From NCBI RefSeq assembly GCF_004010195.1, contig NC_057751.1, forward strand, positions 2,747,984-2,811,983: a stretch of DNA of 64,000 nt. Reading direction: 5' to 3'. This stretch comes from Chiloscyllium plagiosum. Taxonomy: Eukaryota. Position numbers and translations under genes: made by a program. Below are positions 35,765 to 49,276 of the stretch, piece after piece; the first letter of the stretch is position 1, and each line of letters opens with the position of its first letter. The notes under the pieces were generated by a model. It was given only the letters and a program-made list of their open reading frames with translations, was not told where the DNA came from and did not search any database.

Positions 35765-36712
35765 ACAGAACATCGAACATTACAGCGCAGTACAGGCCCA
35801 TCACCCCTCGATGTTGCACCAACCTGTGGAACCAACCGAAGTCCATTTAACCCACACTATTCCATTCTTGTATGCCTATCCACTGACCATTTAAATGCCC
35901 TTAAAGTTGGCGAGTGTACTACTGTTTCAGGCAGTGTGTTCCATGCCTCTACTACTCTCTGATAAAGAAACTAATTCTGACATCTGTCCTATATCTATCA
36001 CCCCTCAATTTAAAGCTATGTCCCCTCGTGTTCGCCATCACCATCCGAGGATAAAGGCTCTCCCTGTCCACCCGATCTAACCCTCTGGTTACCTTGTATG
36101 TCTCATTAAGTCACCTCTCAACCGTCTTCTCTCTAATGAAAAGAGCCTCAAGTCCCTCAGCCATTCCTCATAAGACATTCCCTCCATACCAGGCAACAGC
36201 CTAGTAAATCTCCTCTGAATGCTTTTCAGAGCTTCCACATCCTTCCCATAATGGGGCAACCAGAACTGTACACAATATTCCAAGTGAAGCCGTACTGGCA
36301 TTTCGGACAGTTGCAGCATGATCTCATGATTCTGAAACTCAGTCCCTCTATCAATAAAAGCTAAAACACCGTATGCCTTCTTAACAACCCTAGAAACCTG
36401 AGTGGCAACTTTCAAGGATCTACATACATGGACACCGAGTTCCCTCTGCTCATCTACACTACCAAGAATCTTACCATTAGCCCAGTACTCTGCATTCCTG
36501 TTACTCCTTCCAAAGTGAATCACCTCACACTTTGCCGCATTAAACTCCATTTGCCACCTCTCAGCCCAGCTCTGCAGCTTATCTATGTCTCTCTGTAACC
36601 TACAACATCCTTCGTCACTAGCCACAATTCTACCCTCCTTTGTGTCATCCCAAATTTACTAATCCATCCTTCTATGCCCTCATCTATGTCATTTTAAAAA
36701 ATTGAAAACAAC
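35765..36712 (-). mobile_element. CR1 LINE 3' fragment
   Basis: ORF 36089-36625: LQRDIDKLQSWAERWQMEFNAAKCEVIHFGR..HLEYCVQFW. Confidence 0.92.
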
Positions 36713-36884
36713 ATCTCCCTTGCTGTTTGTTCACTTTGCTACATCTTGATCTTCCAACCTAAGATCCTCTTTTGATCATGTACTTGCATCATTCTTTATT
36801 AAGAGCATGATCTTTGTCTTTTTGCCGGTCATCGAGTCACACAGCATGAAAACGGATCTTTCAGTCCAACCAGTCCGAATATAA

Positions 36885-37375
36885 TATAAGATGTGGATGC
36901 TTTGGAGAGGGTTCAGAGGAGGTTTACCAGGATGCTGCCTGGACTGGAGGGCTTATCTTATGAAGAGAGGTTGACTGAGCTCAGACTTTTTCCATTGGAG
37001 AAAAGGAGGAGGAGAGGGGACCTAATCGAGGTATACATGATAATGAGAGGCATAGATAGAGTCGATAGACAGAGACTATTTCACAGGGAAGAAATTACTA
37101 ACATGAGGGGTCATAGTTTTAAGCTGGTTGGAGGAAAGTATAGAGGGGATGTCAGAGGCGGGTACTTTACACAGAGAGTTGTGAGAGCATGGAATGCGTT
37201 GCCAGCAGCAGTTGTGGAAGCAAGGTCATTGGGGACATTTAAGAGATTGCTGGACATGCATATGGTCACAGAAATTTGAGGGTGCATACATGAGGATCAG
37301 TGGTCGGCACAACATGATGGGCTGAAGGGCCTGTTCTGTGCTGTATTGTTCTATGTTCTATGTTCTATGTTCTAT
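36885..37375 (+). mobile_element. young CR1 LINE 3' end with (TTCTATG)n tail
   Basis: Open 128-aa frame LERVQRRFTRMLPGLEGLSYEERL..FTQRVVRAWNALP; tail TGTTCTATGTTCTATGTTCTATG. Confidence 0.93.
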
Positions 37376-37739
37376 CTCCATACTGCAGGCATCCTGTGGC
37401 CTCTGAAACCCATCTATATCCTTCACAATTTTACAAACTTCCATCAAGTAACCTGTCAACCTCATTTGTTCCAGTGAAAAAGATTCCACTCTCCTCAATG
37501 CTGCCTACCATTGAACATGTAATTCCCTGCCTCAGTCACTCTGCAGTGGCAAATGAGGGTGCGCAGATTTAATCATAGTTTTGCCATCAGTCCATTAACC
37601 ATTACAAATGCTTGACTTTTCCAGTTGAGTGCCTTTAAATCAGTTCTGGTTTTATTTTTATGATCTTGTGCTTGACCTGCAGGCAGAACTTTGAGTTTGC
37701 ACACTTTGTCCCTTCCTGCCACCGTTTCCCTGACTGTGA

Positions 37740-38210
37740 CCTTGCCTTATCCTCTTTCATTCATTTTTCACTCTCTCTAACGCCCCATTAATGCAACATG
37801 CTAGAATATTGAAAAGCATCCCAATGGTACAGCATCCGTTTTCCCCAGTATTGATATCAGTGCCCCAGGAATCAAAACCATTTCTCCCACAGTAATATTT
37901 GGACCATATATTGGACTCTCTGATCTCATTTCCCCTACAGATACTGCTCATGATGAAACCAGTAATCCACAACGTATTAAGGTTCTGCTTTTCAGTGAGC
38001 ACCACGCTCCTCGTGTTCACTCTGCAGACCCTCTTTCTGAGACCAGTCTGTGTTGTTAATACCTTCAGCTATCACAATGATTGGACCCTCCCAGTTTCTC
38101 TTGAACTCAGAGCAGACTTTCCAAATTCAGGCAGGCAATACTGCTTGGTGTTGGCTGCAGAGAACTGCATCTCTACTCCTGACTTCAATATCCCCAACCA
38201 CCATTTCATT
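37740..38210 (-). mobile_element. old CR1 ORF1 (SGNH esterase domain) remnant
   Basis: VVGDIEVRSRDAVLCS..YCLP; GPIIVIAEGINN; NEIRESNIWSKYYCGRNGF resemble CR1 ORF1 esterase blocks. Confidence 0.6.
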
Positions 38211-38626
38211 CCTGTTGACTCTCCTGCTTGAATGGCTTCCTGCTTGAATGGTCAATCCCCTCAAACACACTGCAGTCCCCTACTTTCTTGTATACAAAGT
38301 TAGAATGGGGGTGCAAGTTTCAAATGAATAATATGAAAATCCCAGAAAACAGTCCTGAGACAACTTAAGGTTTATCAGTACACAAAAAAATGACATCTCA
38401 GCTCAGACAATGTATTAAGATGTTAGGCTAGAGCCTGCCTGTTTCCTGACTTTGTGTCAGATTGGTTCTATTTGCAAAATAGGAATTGATAAAATGTCAC
38501 ATGGACTGACTGCCGACAGATTGTGTGCCTTTTGAAGAAAATATCTGCAAATACAAACCTGCAAACGCAAATTCACCACATTGACTTAAATGTGAGTGCG
38601 TGTGTGTGTGCTTGATAGAGTATGTG

Positions 38627-39411
38627 TGTTATGAAGCTGAAGGTGTGTACTGTACCTTGAAGAGAGAGAGAGAGAATGCTGTTCTGAACTGAGAGCTTAC
38701 AAGCCCCTGTGTCTGTGACAAGATGGCAGTCCCAGAGTGTTCTGAAAAATTAAAAAGATGTAACATTTGGCTATAAAATGGATACCTAAGTTTTGGTTCC
38801 TGTTTTGACAACGATTTGAATATAGCCAATCAGTTGAAATTATGCCACAAGATACTAAAACCCAATCAATTTGGAATTTATTATTTTGCCAATATTTAAT
38901 CAATGAGATGATCCGATGCGGAGTATTAGAATACGGGCATTTTGAAAATTGGTCAGAGCTGGAGAGCTAAATGTCCATCTAACATTGTGCTCTTAAACAA
39001 TTCAAATAAAAAACCCTCTCGATGAAAGGTACCCTTTCATGTCAAGCCCATTTGCAGTGAAAAGAAAGAAGACGATCCAGGGAGATCATCAGGCAAACTG
39101 ATGACAGGAGGGAAGGCAAGATTGGTGTAGTTCTGAGATGACATTAATGTAATTTTAACTAGTATCTTAGTGGAACAGCATATTTTTAATAGAATTGGGG
39201 AAGATAGTAAGTAGTTAAGAGAAAGGGCCAGCTTGGAATTGTGGATAGTTTTTTTGTCGAATGTTTACTTTGAGAGGTGTAAAAATAAATTGATATTATT
39301 TTCTTTAAATAGTGGAATTTGGGAGCTCTCTGTCACTCATATTTTAACAGATTACGAGGTGAGGCCAGCTTTTCTGGGTGTTTCGTTTAATTTAACAATT
39401 GCTTCATAACA
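38627..39411 (+). mobile_element. solo LTR (family 1) with 5-bp TSD
   Basis: TGTTATGAAGC...GCTTCATAACA termini, flanked by ATGTG on both sides; AATAAA near 39285; related to 44996 and 53292. Confidence 0.85.
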
Positions 39412-39472
39412 ATGTGTGTGAATTGGCGAAATACACGCCTCCGATAGGGTGTGCGCATGAGTGTATGTGTCT

Positions 39473-39972
39473 NNNNNNNNNNNNNNNNNNNNNNNNNNNN
39501 NNNNNNNNNNNNNNNNNNNNNNNNNNNNNNNNNNNNNNNNNNNNNNNNNNNNNNNNNNNNNNNNNNNNNNNNNNNNNNNNNNNNNNNNNNNNNNNNNNNN
39601 NNNNNNNNNNNNNNNNNNNNNNNNNNNNNNNNNNNNNNNNNNNNNNNNNNNNNNNNNNNNNNNNNNNNNNNNNNNNNNNNNNNNNNNNNNNNNNNNNNNN
39701 NNNNNNNNNNNNNNNNNNNNNNNNNNNNNNNNNNNNNNNNNNNNNNNNNNNNNNNNNNNNNNNNNNNNNNNNNNNNNNNNNNNNNNNNNNNNNNNNNNNN
39801 NNNNNNNNNNNNNNNNNNNNNNNNNNNNNNNNNNNNNNNNNNNNNNNNNNNNNNNNNNNNNNNNNNNNNNNNNNNNNNNNNNNNNNNNNNNNNNNNNNNN
39901 NNNNNNNNNNNNNNNNNNNNNNNNNNNNNNNNNNNNNNNNNNNNNNNNNNNNNNNNNNNNNNNNNNNNNNNN
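39473..39972. other. assembly gap
   Basis: run of N. Confidence 1.
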
Positions 39973-41105
39973 CCTTTGCCTGAATCGTATCTGTTTGAAT
40001 GATGCCGCCTTCCAAAACAACGCTGCTGACATGGCTTGCTTCTTTCATAACAGTGGTTTCCTGCCCACAGTGGTTGACAGGGCCCTCAACTGCATCCGAC
40101 CTATCACCCACGCTTCCACCCTTGCACCTTCCCAGCACTCTCAACATCGTGATCACATTCCCCTTGTCCTCTCTTCTCATCCCATCTGCCTCCGCATTCA
40201 AAGGATCACTCTCCACCATTTGAGAGAACTCCAGCAGAACAGCACCACTAACCACATCTTTCCCTCACTCCCCCAGTCTGCATTTTGCAGGGATCGTTTC
40301 CTCCAGGACATCCTAGTCCATTCATCGACCACTAACACCAGTCCCCCTTCCCCCAGCACCTTCCAATATAACCACAGAAGGTGCAACAACACCTGCCTCT
40401 TCACTTCCTGCACACTCACCATCCAAAGGCCGAAACAGTCTTTCCAGGTGAAGCAGCATTTCACCTGCACCTCCTCCAATCTTGTGTATTGTATTCACTG
40501 CACCCAATGTGGCCTACTCTATATTGGAGAAACCAAACACAGACTGGGTGACCACTTCCATGCACAAGCATGACCCCAACCTTCTCGTAGCCGGTCATTT
40601 TAACACAGTATCCTGCTCACATGCCCCACATGTCTGTCCTTGGCATGCTGCAGTGTTCTCGTGAATGACAGCGCAAACTGGAGGAACAACATCTCATATT
40701 CAGACTTTACAGCTTTCTGAACTTAATATCGAGTGCAAAACCTTCAAGTTGTGAACCAACTCAAATTCCTTCCCTTTCTTTTAGCTTTACTTTTCACATT
40801 CTCTGTCACCCTCTCTCCCCTCCCCCCACCCCAGTGGGACTATCTGTTCTTCCCAGTCTGGTAGTTTGAAACACCTCACATTCTGATCACCTCGTCTGAA
40901 CTATCAACATCTTTTCTCCCCCAAGCACTCTACAGCCAATGCAATCCCCCTTTTGCATAAATGCTGTCCCCTGCACAGTTCATTTCATCTCTGATGAGCT
41001 CAAAACATGAGCTTGCTCTCTGTTCGTGGATGCTGCCTGACCCACTGTGATCTCCAGCATTTGTGGTTTTCAGCACAGATTCCAGCATCTGCACAAATTT
41101 GCTCT
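39973..41105 (+). mobile_element. Penelope-like element: RT thumb/linker and GIY-YIG endonuclease remnant plus terminal repeat
   Basis: FTCTSSNLVYCIHCTQCGLLYIGETKHRLGDHF; terminal GATGCTGCCTGACC..CCAGCATCTGCA. Confidence 0.9.
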
Positions 41106-41842
41106 GAGGTGAGATCATCACATAAGGTCTTCAAGAGAAAACGCACAGTCCAGAAGATGTTGGGGATGCCAAGTAAGAGAGTGACTGGATATATTCTGCA
41201 GGTCAGCCGCAGCTGTGGTGAAAGGAAATGTCGTGTGAGCTTTGGATTGGTGCTCCTGAGTCACAGTTCTTATAGAAATTTACCAACCTAAAACAAGAAT
41301 CGGCTTTCGTGGAATGAAACATCCCATGACGCTTCACCACAGCAATTATTGGAAACAATTTGGTGCCAAGTCACACAAAGAGCTTTTCAGGCAAAGGTCT
41401 TGTATGAATATTGTGTCTTTAACAACCTCATGATGTCTCATAGTGCTTCAGGGAAATGGAAATAATTGTTCCCGTGCAGAGAAGAAATATCCAGTAATTA
41501 GGACACAGCGAATGCCCACAAACAGCAGTGTAATAAATGGCCAAATAATAAAAAAGTTGAGCCACGTTTCCAATGACTAATCCCTGAGTGCTGTAACGAA
41601 AAACCAAGAGTAATTTTTAGAAGACTTTGTCCCAGCTTGAAACTTTGCCTGCTGTCATGAAATAATGGATAATTCAGAATCCACTCTGTGTTCATATACC
41701 ACAATTGAAATCTTGCAAACAGTTCACCCAAATTGGACACAGAATAGCTGAAAATTTACCTCCAAATGTTTTTCATCACGTCAAAACTCCTTGCTGAAAA
41801 ACGGAACTCAGGAGAAATGCCTTCAGGTAATAAGGCCCGAAG

Positions 41843-42158
41843 TGGCACGATGGCTCAGTGGTCAGCACTGCTGCCTCACAGCGCCAGAGACCCGGGTTCA
41901 ATTCCCACCTCAGGCAAACATCTGTGTGGAGTTTGCACATTCTCCCCGTGGCTGCATGGGTTTTCTCTGGGTACTCCAGTTTCCTCCCACAGTCCAAAAA
42001 TGTGCAGGATAGGTGAGTTGGCCATGCTAAATTGCCCGTAGTGTCAGGTGAAGGTGTAAATGTAGGGGAATGGGTTTGGGTGGGTTGCTTTTCGGAGGGG
42101 TCTGTGTGGACTTGTTGGGCCGAAGGGCCTGTTTCCACACTGTAAGTGATCTAATCTA
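41843..42158 (+). mobile_element. HE1-type V-SINE, (TCTAA)n tail
   Basis: Consensus head and V-domain. Confidence 0.92.
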
Positions 42159-42159
42159 A

Positions 42160-42690
42160 AGATATAGAAACAGAATTCGGCCATTTAGCCAACCAAGTCT
42201 GCTCTACCATTTGGTCATGACTGATATATTTCTCAATCCCATTCTCTTGGTTCTTCCTGTACCCCTCGATCCATCTACTAATCAAGAATGCATCTATGTC
42301 TGTCTTAAATTACTTGGCCTCCAAACCTTCTGCAGCAACGAGATTCTCAGATTCACCACCTTCTGACTCAAGAAATTCTTCCTCATCACAGTTAGAAAAT
42401 GTTGTCCATTCTCTCTGAGGTTGTGCCCTTGGGCGCTACTCTCTCCTGCCAGTGGAAACATCTTCTCCATGTCTGGTCTATCCAGGCTTCTCAGTATTCT
42501 GTAAGTTTCAATCAGACCCCCCATCATCCTTCTAAACTCCATTGATTACAGACTCAGAGACCTCAACTCCTCATCACATGACAAGCCCTTGATCTCCAGG
42601 GTGATTCTTGTGAGCCTTCTCTGGATCCCTCCGAGGCCAACACATCCTTCCTTAGATACGGGCCCGCAATTGTTCAGAATGTTCCAAATC
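42160..42690 (-). mobile_element. CR1 LINE 3' fragment
   Basis: MEFRRMMGGLIETYRILRSLDR..NFLSQKVVNL. Confidence 0.85.
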
Positions 42691-43026
42691 GCTCGAGACT
42701 GATTAGATTGAGGGCAACAGGGATTGGTTTAGATGCATTGCATTGTCCGAAAGAATGGGGGCTGCAGTTTAGTTAGTGATCTTGAAATGTGATAAAGATT
42801 CATAACAGCTTGGGAGAAATTTTAGGGCAATAGGCAACCACAGTCAATTCAAATGAAGTGAAGAAAAAAACAGACTGGTATTCATGTAACATCCTCCTCG
42901 ACCTCAAGGCCGACCAAAGTAACAATGAGCACTTCTTACGTTGAGTCATTGCTGCAGTGTTGAAGTGGGATTGCTATTTCGAGCAGCTGCCACATACAAT
43001 AGGCATAATGGCCTGCTTCATCACCA

Positions 43027-43146
43027 ATCCTGATGAAGGGCTCCAGTCCAAAATGTCAATTTTCCTGCTCCTCGGATGCTGCCTGACCTGCTGTGCACCA
43101 CACCCTCGACTCCAATCTCCAGCATCTGCAGATCTCACTGTCTACC
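43027..43146 (+). mobile_element. PLE terminal fragment, degenerate hammerhead
   Basis: CCTGATGAAGGGCTCCAGTCCAAAATGTC..GATGCTGCCTGACCTGCTG. Confidence 0.65.
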
Positions 43147-44109
43147 TGCTGAATTTTTATGTTTATGGCTCACACTGTGACATCTGTGCATCCTTCTCAC
43201 AGCTCACCCCTCCAGGCTGAGTGAGTGGGCAAATACATGGCAGGTGCTGTATCATGTTGATAAGTGTAAAGCTGTTCACTTTTTTTGCAAAAATGGGATG
43301 GCAGATTTAATAGTTGAATGGCTGTAAATTGAGGGAGGGAAATGTGCAACAAAAGCTGTCACTGAAGGTAAACATGTGGGTGCAAGAGGTTATCGAGAAG
43401 ATAAATGGTGTACGCTGGTCTGGTTAGTGAGAGCATTCTCACTATGAAGCACCCAAGGCAGAGCGCAGATTCCAGAGCTTGTTCACAAACCCAATTTGTG
43501 CTCCTATTAGATGGGTGAAATGAGTATTGATCCATCTGCTTCTTCAGTACTTCATCCGTAATGCTGCTTCATGGAATGTGTTCCACTGATAATCTTGTAA
43601 AGTAGCATCTGGACCAATTCCTTTGTCTGGTGCCTGCTAAGTTGCAGATCACATTAGATTGATCTCCTTGACAATTACTGCTGAATGGACACAGTACATT
43701 AGCTTCAAATTACTTCCCTGATTATGTGCCAAGCTGATTACGATATCTTCTGGAAACATTGGCCCTCGGAAGAGAGTTTTTGTGGTGCAGTGGACGTGAC
43801 CTTTCTTCTGAGCCAGGGACCTGGGTTCAAATCCTATTGACTCGGGTATTGTGTCATAACATTCCCGAACATGGTGATCAGAAAATATCAACCCACCCAA
43901 AGGACAAACTGCAAAGACCTCATTTTAAATAAAAGACCATTATCTCTCTCATTTCTGGCTTGAACAGAGGATTATGTGGAACTACTGCACAGAAACAGGC
44001 CATTCCATCCTTTTGGTCCATGCAGGTGTTTAATATGGGCCTCTGCTCGTTCCTCTTTATCTGACCTGATGAATATATTCTTCTATTTCCTTCTCCCTCA
44101 TGCGTTTAC

Positions 44110-44990
44110 ATAGAAATATAGAAAATAGAAGCAGAAGTAGACCATTACAGCCCTCAAGCCTGATCTGCCATCCAATATGATCATGGCTGATCACTGAGCT
44201 CAATTCCTTAATCCCACCCTCCCCATTATCCCTTGAACGCTTTAGCCACAAGAACTACATCTACATCCTTCCTGAAAACACATAGATTAGATTACTTACA
44301 GTGTGGAAACAGGCCCTTTGGCCCAACAAGTCCACACCGATCCACCAAAGCGCAACCCACCCAGACCCATTCCCTTACATTTGCCCCTTCACCTAACACT
44401 ACGGGCAATTTCCCATGGCCAATTCACCTAACCTGCACATTTTTGGACTGTGGGGGGAAACCGAAGGAAACCCACGCAGACACGGGGAGAATGTGCAAAC
44501 TCCATACAGACAGTTGCCCGAGGTGGGAAATGAACCTGGGACCCTGGTGCTGTGAGGCAGCAGTGCTAACCACTGTGCCACCATGCTGCCCATAGTGTTT
44601 TGATTATGGTCACTTCCTGTGACAGTGAACTCCACAGCTCACCACTCTCTGGGTAAAGAAATTTCTTCTTATTCAAGCCTAAAAGATTTACCCCTGATCC
44701 TAAGACTATGACCGTTGGTTCTGGAACCCCACCATCGGGGCCATCCTTCCTATGTTTATCCAGTCTCGAATTTTCAAAAGAATGTTTCTGAAAAGGGGCA
44801 CTGGACCCAAAATGTTAACTCTGACTTCTCTTCACACACAGTGCCAGACCTGTTGAGTTTCTCCAACAATATCTGTTTTTGTAGAATTCTATCGGTACAT
44901 CTTTCTTTGAGATCACCACCCACCCAACCCCTGAACATTATTCTAAATTCCAATAAATATTCCTAACCAACTCAATCTCTCCTATGTCAG
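44110..44990 (-). mobile_element. CR1 3' end interrupted by an HE1 SINE (44283-44591) and a PLE end (about 44780-44885)
   Basis: Homologous to 10152-10930. Confidence 0.7.
44283..44591 (-). mobile_element. HE1-type V-SINE
   Basis: (AGATT)n tail, near-consensus body. Confidence 0.92.
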
Positions 44991-44995
44991 TCTTG

Positions 44996-45734
44996 TGTTA
45001 TGACACAGAGGTGAACCCTCTGCTAATTAAACCAAACATCCAGAAAAGCTCACCTCATCTTGTAATCTGTTAAATTATGAGTGACAGAGAAGTCCCAAAT
45101 TCCATTATTTAAAAAAATCAATGTATTCTTTAACTCTAAAAGTGAACATTAAACAACAACTATTGACAACTCTAAACCCCCCTTTCTCTTAACTGCTTAT
45201 AACCTGCCTCCAACTCTTTAACAATATACTGTTCCAATAAAATTACATCAACTTAATTTCAAAACCATAAAGCAGCTGTCATCTTCGGCGCATTTCTTTT
45301 TCCAGCTGAAGGTCTCCCTGGATCATCTTCTTGCTTTTTATATTTTTTTTCATATGTTTTCAGGTGTTTCACATGAAAAGGTGCCTTTGATAGAAAATGT
45401 TTCCTAATTTATTGGATCTTTGTTGATGGCAGTTGCTCAGTCGGATTTTCAAAATATCTGCCTTTTTTATATCCCCAATACCAGGTTGTGTCACTGGTTC
45501 GATGTTGGCAAAACAATAAATTCAAACTTTAGGTTTTAGTATCCTGGGGCATAATTAAACTGGTTAAATTTGAATTGTTGTCAAAACAGCAAGCAACTCA
45601 GGTATCCATTTCACAGCCAAATATTCCATATTTTCAATTTTTAGGCCACTTTGAGACTGCTTTTGTAACCTCTCAGTTCTGAACAGCATTCACTCTCTCT
45701 TAAAGGCATAGTACACACCTTCAACTTCATAACA
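44996..45734 (-). mobile_element. solo LTR (family 1)
   Basis: TGTTATGA...TCATAACA termini; reverse-complement homologue of 38627-39411. Confidence 0.8.
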
Positions 45735-47590
45735 CTATAAAGAAAGGTAAGGTGGATTATGAGAGTAAACTAGCTCAGAATATAAAACCAGTTGGTAAAA
45801 GTTTCTACAGATACATTAAATGCAAAAGAGTAGCTCAGGTAAACATTTGTCCTTTCGAGAATGAAAAGGGAGATTTAATCATGGGAAATGAGAAATGGCT
45901 GAGGCGTTGAACAAGTATACTGTGTTGGTCTTCACAGTGGAAGTTGCAAGTAACAAGTCAATAATTGATGACAAGGAGGCTCTGGTAGGTGAGGACCTAG
46001 AAAGAATCATTATCACTGAAGAGGTAATTTTGGGCAAGCTGATGAGGCTAAAGGTAGACAAGTCTCCTGGCCCTGAGGGAATGCATTCCAGGGTACTGAA
46101 AGACATGGCAGAGGAAATAACAAATGTGCTAATGGTAATTGACTCAAATTTGCTGGGCTCTGCGCCGGTTCTGGCAGATTGGAAACTGCAAATGTGACAC
46201 CATGGTTTAAAGAAGAAGGTAGACTAAAGGCAGGTAACTATAGGCCCATTAGCTTGATTTCCCTGTGAAAGATGCTTGATTCCATCACTTCGTAAGAAAT
46301 AGCAAAACATCTGGATAGAAATTAATCCATTGGGCAGACACAACATGTGTTCATGAATGGCAGGTCATGTTTCACTCATTTACTGGAATTCTTTAAGGAC
46401 ATTGTGACTGTGGTGGACGATGGGGGAACTGTATCTGGGTGTAGTGTATTTGGATTTCCAGAAAGTTGTATTTGACAAAGGTTTACAGCATAAGATGAAT
46501 GTTCACAGAGTTTCAGGAAATGTATTAGCATGGAGAGAGGATTGGTTAACTAACAGAAGCAAAGCATGGGGATAAATGGGTGTTTTTCTAGTTCAAAATC
46601 AGTGGCTAGTGATGTGCTTCAGGAATCAGTGTTGGGACTGCAGTTGTTGACAATTTACATTTGATGATTTGGAGTTGGGGCCCATGTGTAGTGTATCAGA
46701 ATTGACAGATGAGTAGCAGAGCAAAGTGTGCAGACGACATTGAAAGTCTGCAGAGGCATATTGAGAGGTTAAGTCAGTGGGAATGGGTCTGCCAGGTGGA
46801 GTACAACGTTAGTAAATGTGAGGTCATCCATTTTAGGAGGAATAACAGCAAAATGGACTATTATTTAAATGGTGAAAAATTGTGTCATGCTGCTGTGCAG
46901 AGAGACCTTGATGTCCTTGTGCTTGAATCACAAAACGTTGGTTTGCAGGTAATTAAGAAGGCAAATGGAATATTGTCCTTCATTGCTAGGGTGGATGGAA
47001 TTGAAAAACATGGAAGTTATGCTGCAGCTGATGAGGCCACATCTGAAGTACTGGGTACAGTTTTGGTCTCCTTACTTGAGAAAGGATGTACTGGCTTTGG
47101 AAAGGGTATAGTGGAGGTTCATTATATTGATTCCAGAGTTGAGAGGATTGGCTTCTGAGCAGAGATCAATCAGACTGGGAATATACTCATTGGATTTTAG
47201 AAGAATGAGGGGGGATCTGAAAGAAAAATACAAAATTATGAAGGGAATAGATGCAATAGAAGCAGGGAGGCTGTTTTCACCGGAGGGTGAAACTAGAGCT
47301 GGGGGGAGGAGCCTCAAAATAAGAGGGAGCAGATTTAAGGTTGAGTTGAGGATGAACCTCTCCCAAATGTTTGTCTATCTGGAATTCCCTGCCCAGTGAA
47401 GCAATTGAAATGACCTCATTGAATGTTTTTATGGCAAAGATAGATTTTTGAACAGTAAAGGAATTAAGGGTCATGGTGAGCAGGCGGGTAAGTGGAGCTG
47501 AGTCCTTGAAAAGATCAGCCATGACCTAATGGAATGGTGGGGCAGGCTCGAGGGGACAGATGGCTTCCTCCTGCACCGATTTCTTATGTT
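45735..47590 (+). mobile_element. CR1 LINE, degenerate ORF2 RT and 3' UTR
   Basis: KVDKSPGPEGMHSRVLK; close homologue of 14990-17285. Confidence 0.92.
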
Positions 47591-48329
47591 GTTACATTCA
47601 AACAGTTGAAATTTGGGGGGAAAGCCCAAGGACAATTCTCACAGTGGAAAATTGTTTTGAGAATGGAAAATAACGGAAGTTAACGTTAGGAAGCTACAAA
47701 ACACTATGATTAGTTTCAAGAGTTTAATACAGACTAAAGAGACCAATTAATGTAACAGAGTGAGGGTTTTCACTTCTTGATAAAAGCAGTAATACAGGCA
47801 TATTCTCTTTCAGCATTTAAGCCTTAAATATCTGTGAAGTGAAAATATTTTTAACTTTATAATCTTTCATCGTTGATATCATAAACACTCTTTTAAAACA
47901 TGGAATTTTGATGTGTCAGTCTTTCAACTGATAACTGGAAGTTAGCATTTCTCATGTGCTGTTATCAGTCTTCATGGAGATTCGAACAGTCCTTTGATGC
48001 TGTCTGCTCTCTCAGTCTCTACATTTCTCCTTCTTGATGTCTCAGAAATCAATCTTTTCCCAAACCCCTTTCCCTGACAGAGGGGCAATCTGAGGTAGAA
48101 ATAATTGGGTCTGGACAAATTGTCAAAAATTTAACTTTGAAACACATACAAAGAACAGAATTGCTCACAAAATGTGTGATGAGATGGTGATTAAATATAA
48201 GCAATTCTAGAGTATTTTCTACTGCCATCTCTCTGCACATCACAGTCATTAGAAAGGGCACCTTTGTATTGAATAAATAATTTGTCCAATCTCTGAAGTA
48301 CTTTTATTTTGAATAATAGAACCCAGTAA

Positions 48330-48540
48330 CATTATCAGAGCACTTCAATATCAGAATATTGTTATTGACCCTCAAGCACATTTGTTAATGTAACAGCCAG
48401 CTGTCACATAGTAAGATTGCAGAAACAGCGAAAGGGAAGATTGACAAGTTAATCCACTTTTCCTGGCTGATGTTTGGCCAGGGCATTGGGAGTGCTCCCT
48501 GCTTTTACAAAGGGAATCTTGGTTGTTGGACAACTGGATG
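48330..48540 (-). mobile_element. old Deu-type SINE remnant
   Basis: Diverged similarity to 26850-27070. Confidence 0.4.
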
Positions 48541-48575
48541 AAAGGTTGCAATAAATAGATGGTGTCTTAATCTTG

Positions 48576-48697
48576 TGGGCGGCACGGTGGCACAGTGGTT
48601 AGCACTGCTGCCTCGTAGCGCCAGAGACCCGGGTTCAATTCCCGACTCAGGCGGGGCCGAAGGGCCTGTTTCCACACTGTAATCTAATCTAATCTAA
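48576..48697 (+). mobile_element. internally deleted HE1 SINE (head fused to tail)
   Basis: tRNA head to ..GACTCAGGCG joined directly to GGGCCGAAGGGCCTGTTTCCACACTGT(AATCT)n. Confidence 0.85.
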
Positions 48698-48744
48698 TAT
48701 CGGCTTTTGAAGGAGTTAGACTGCTTTTCCAAATCAGAGGATTG

Positions 48745-49276
48745 TGTTATGGAGTAGACCAGACCACTCAAAACGTTCTTAAGCAGACAGCCCAGGCCAG
48801 AACTTTGTAATTTGTTTTGGTAAGTGTACAGTGAAAATTACCCAGACTGAGGTAGCTCGGTTGACTACTAGATTTTAAAACAGACAGAAATTTACTCACA
48901 AAATTACACAATGACACACATAGAACAGAATAAAGAGCCCCTACAGAATTCAGTCTATCCAAACTAGATTTAAGTATGCTCTTCTGAACATATGCAACAG
49001 TCCCAATAAACAAACCTCCTGAAAGATCAGGAAAAAAAATGGCACAGACACTTACAGGTTGAAGTTCGAAGGCCAGAAGGAGAGAGAGAGTTTCCACGTA
49101 GCTCACTGTTGAACTCCCAACTAGTTCTGGACTGAACTGCTCATCTAGAGAACTGACCACTCTCCTTCCATAATACAGGTCACTTCCAAAACATGACCAC
49201 TCTGAAAAAATATCGAGGACACAGTCTCCATGAGAAAAGGAACAGCTTTTAAAAAAAAGGGACCAGCTTTGCGACA
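48745..49276 (-). mobile_element. solo LTR (family 2) with 4-bp TSD
   Basis: TGT...ACA termini flanked by ATTG on both sides; strand is tentative. Confidence 0.75.
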
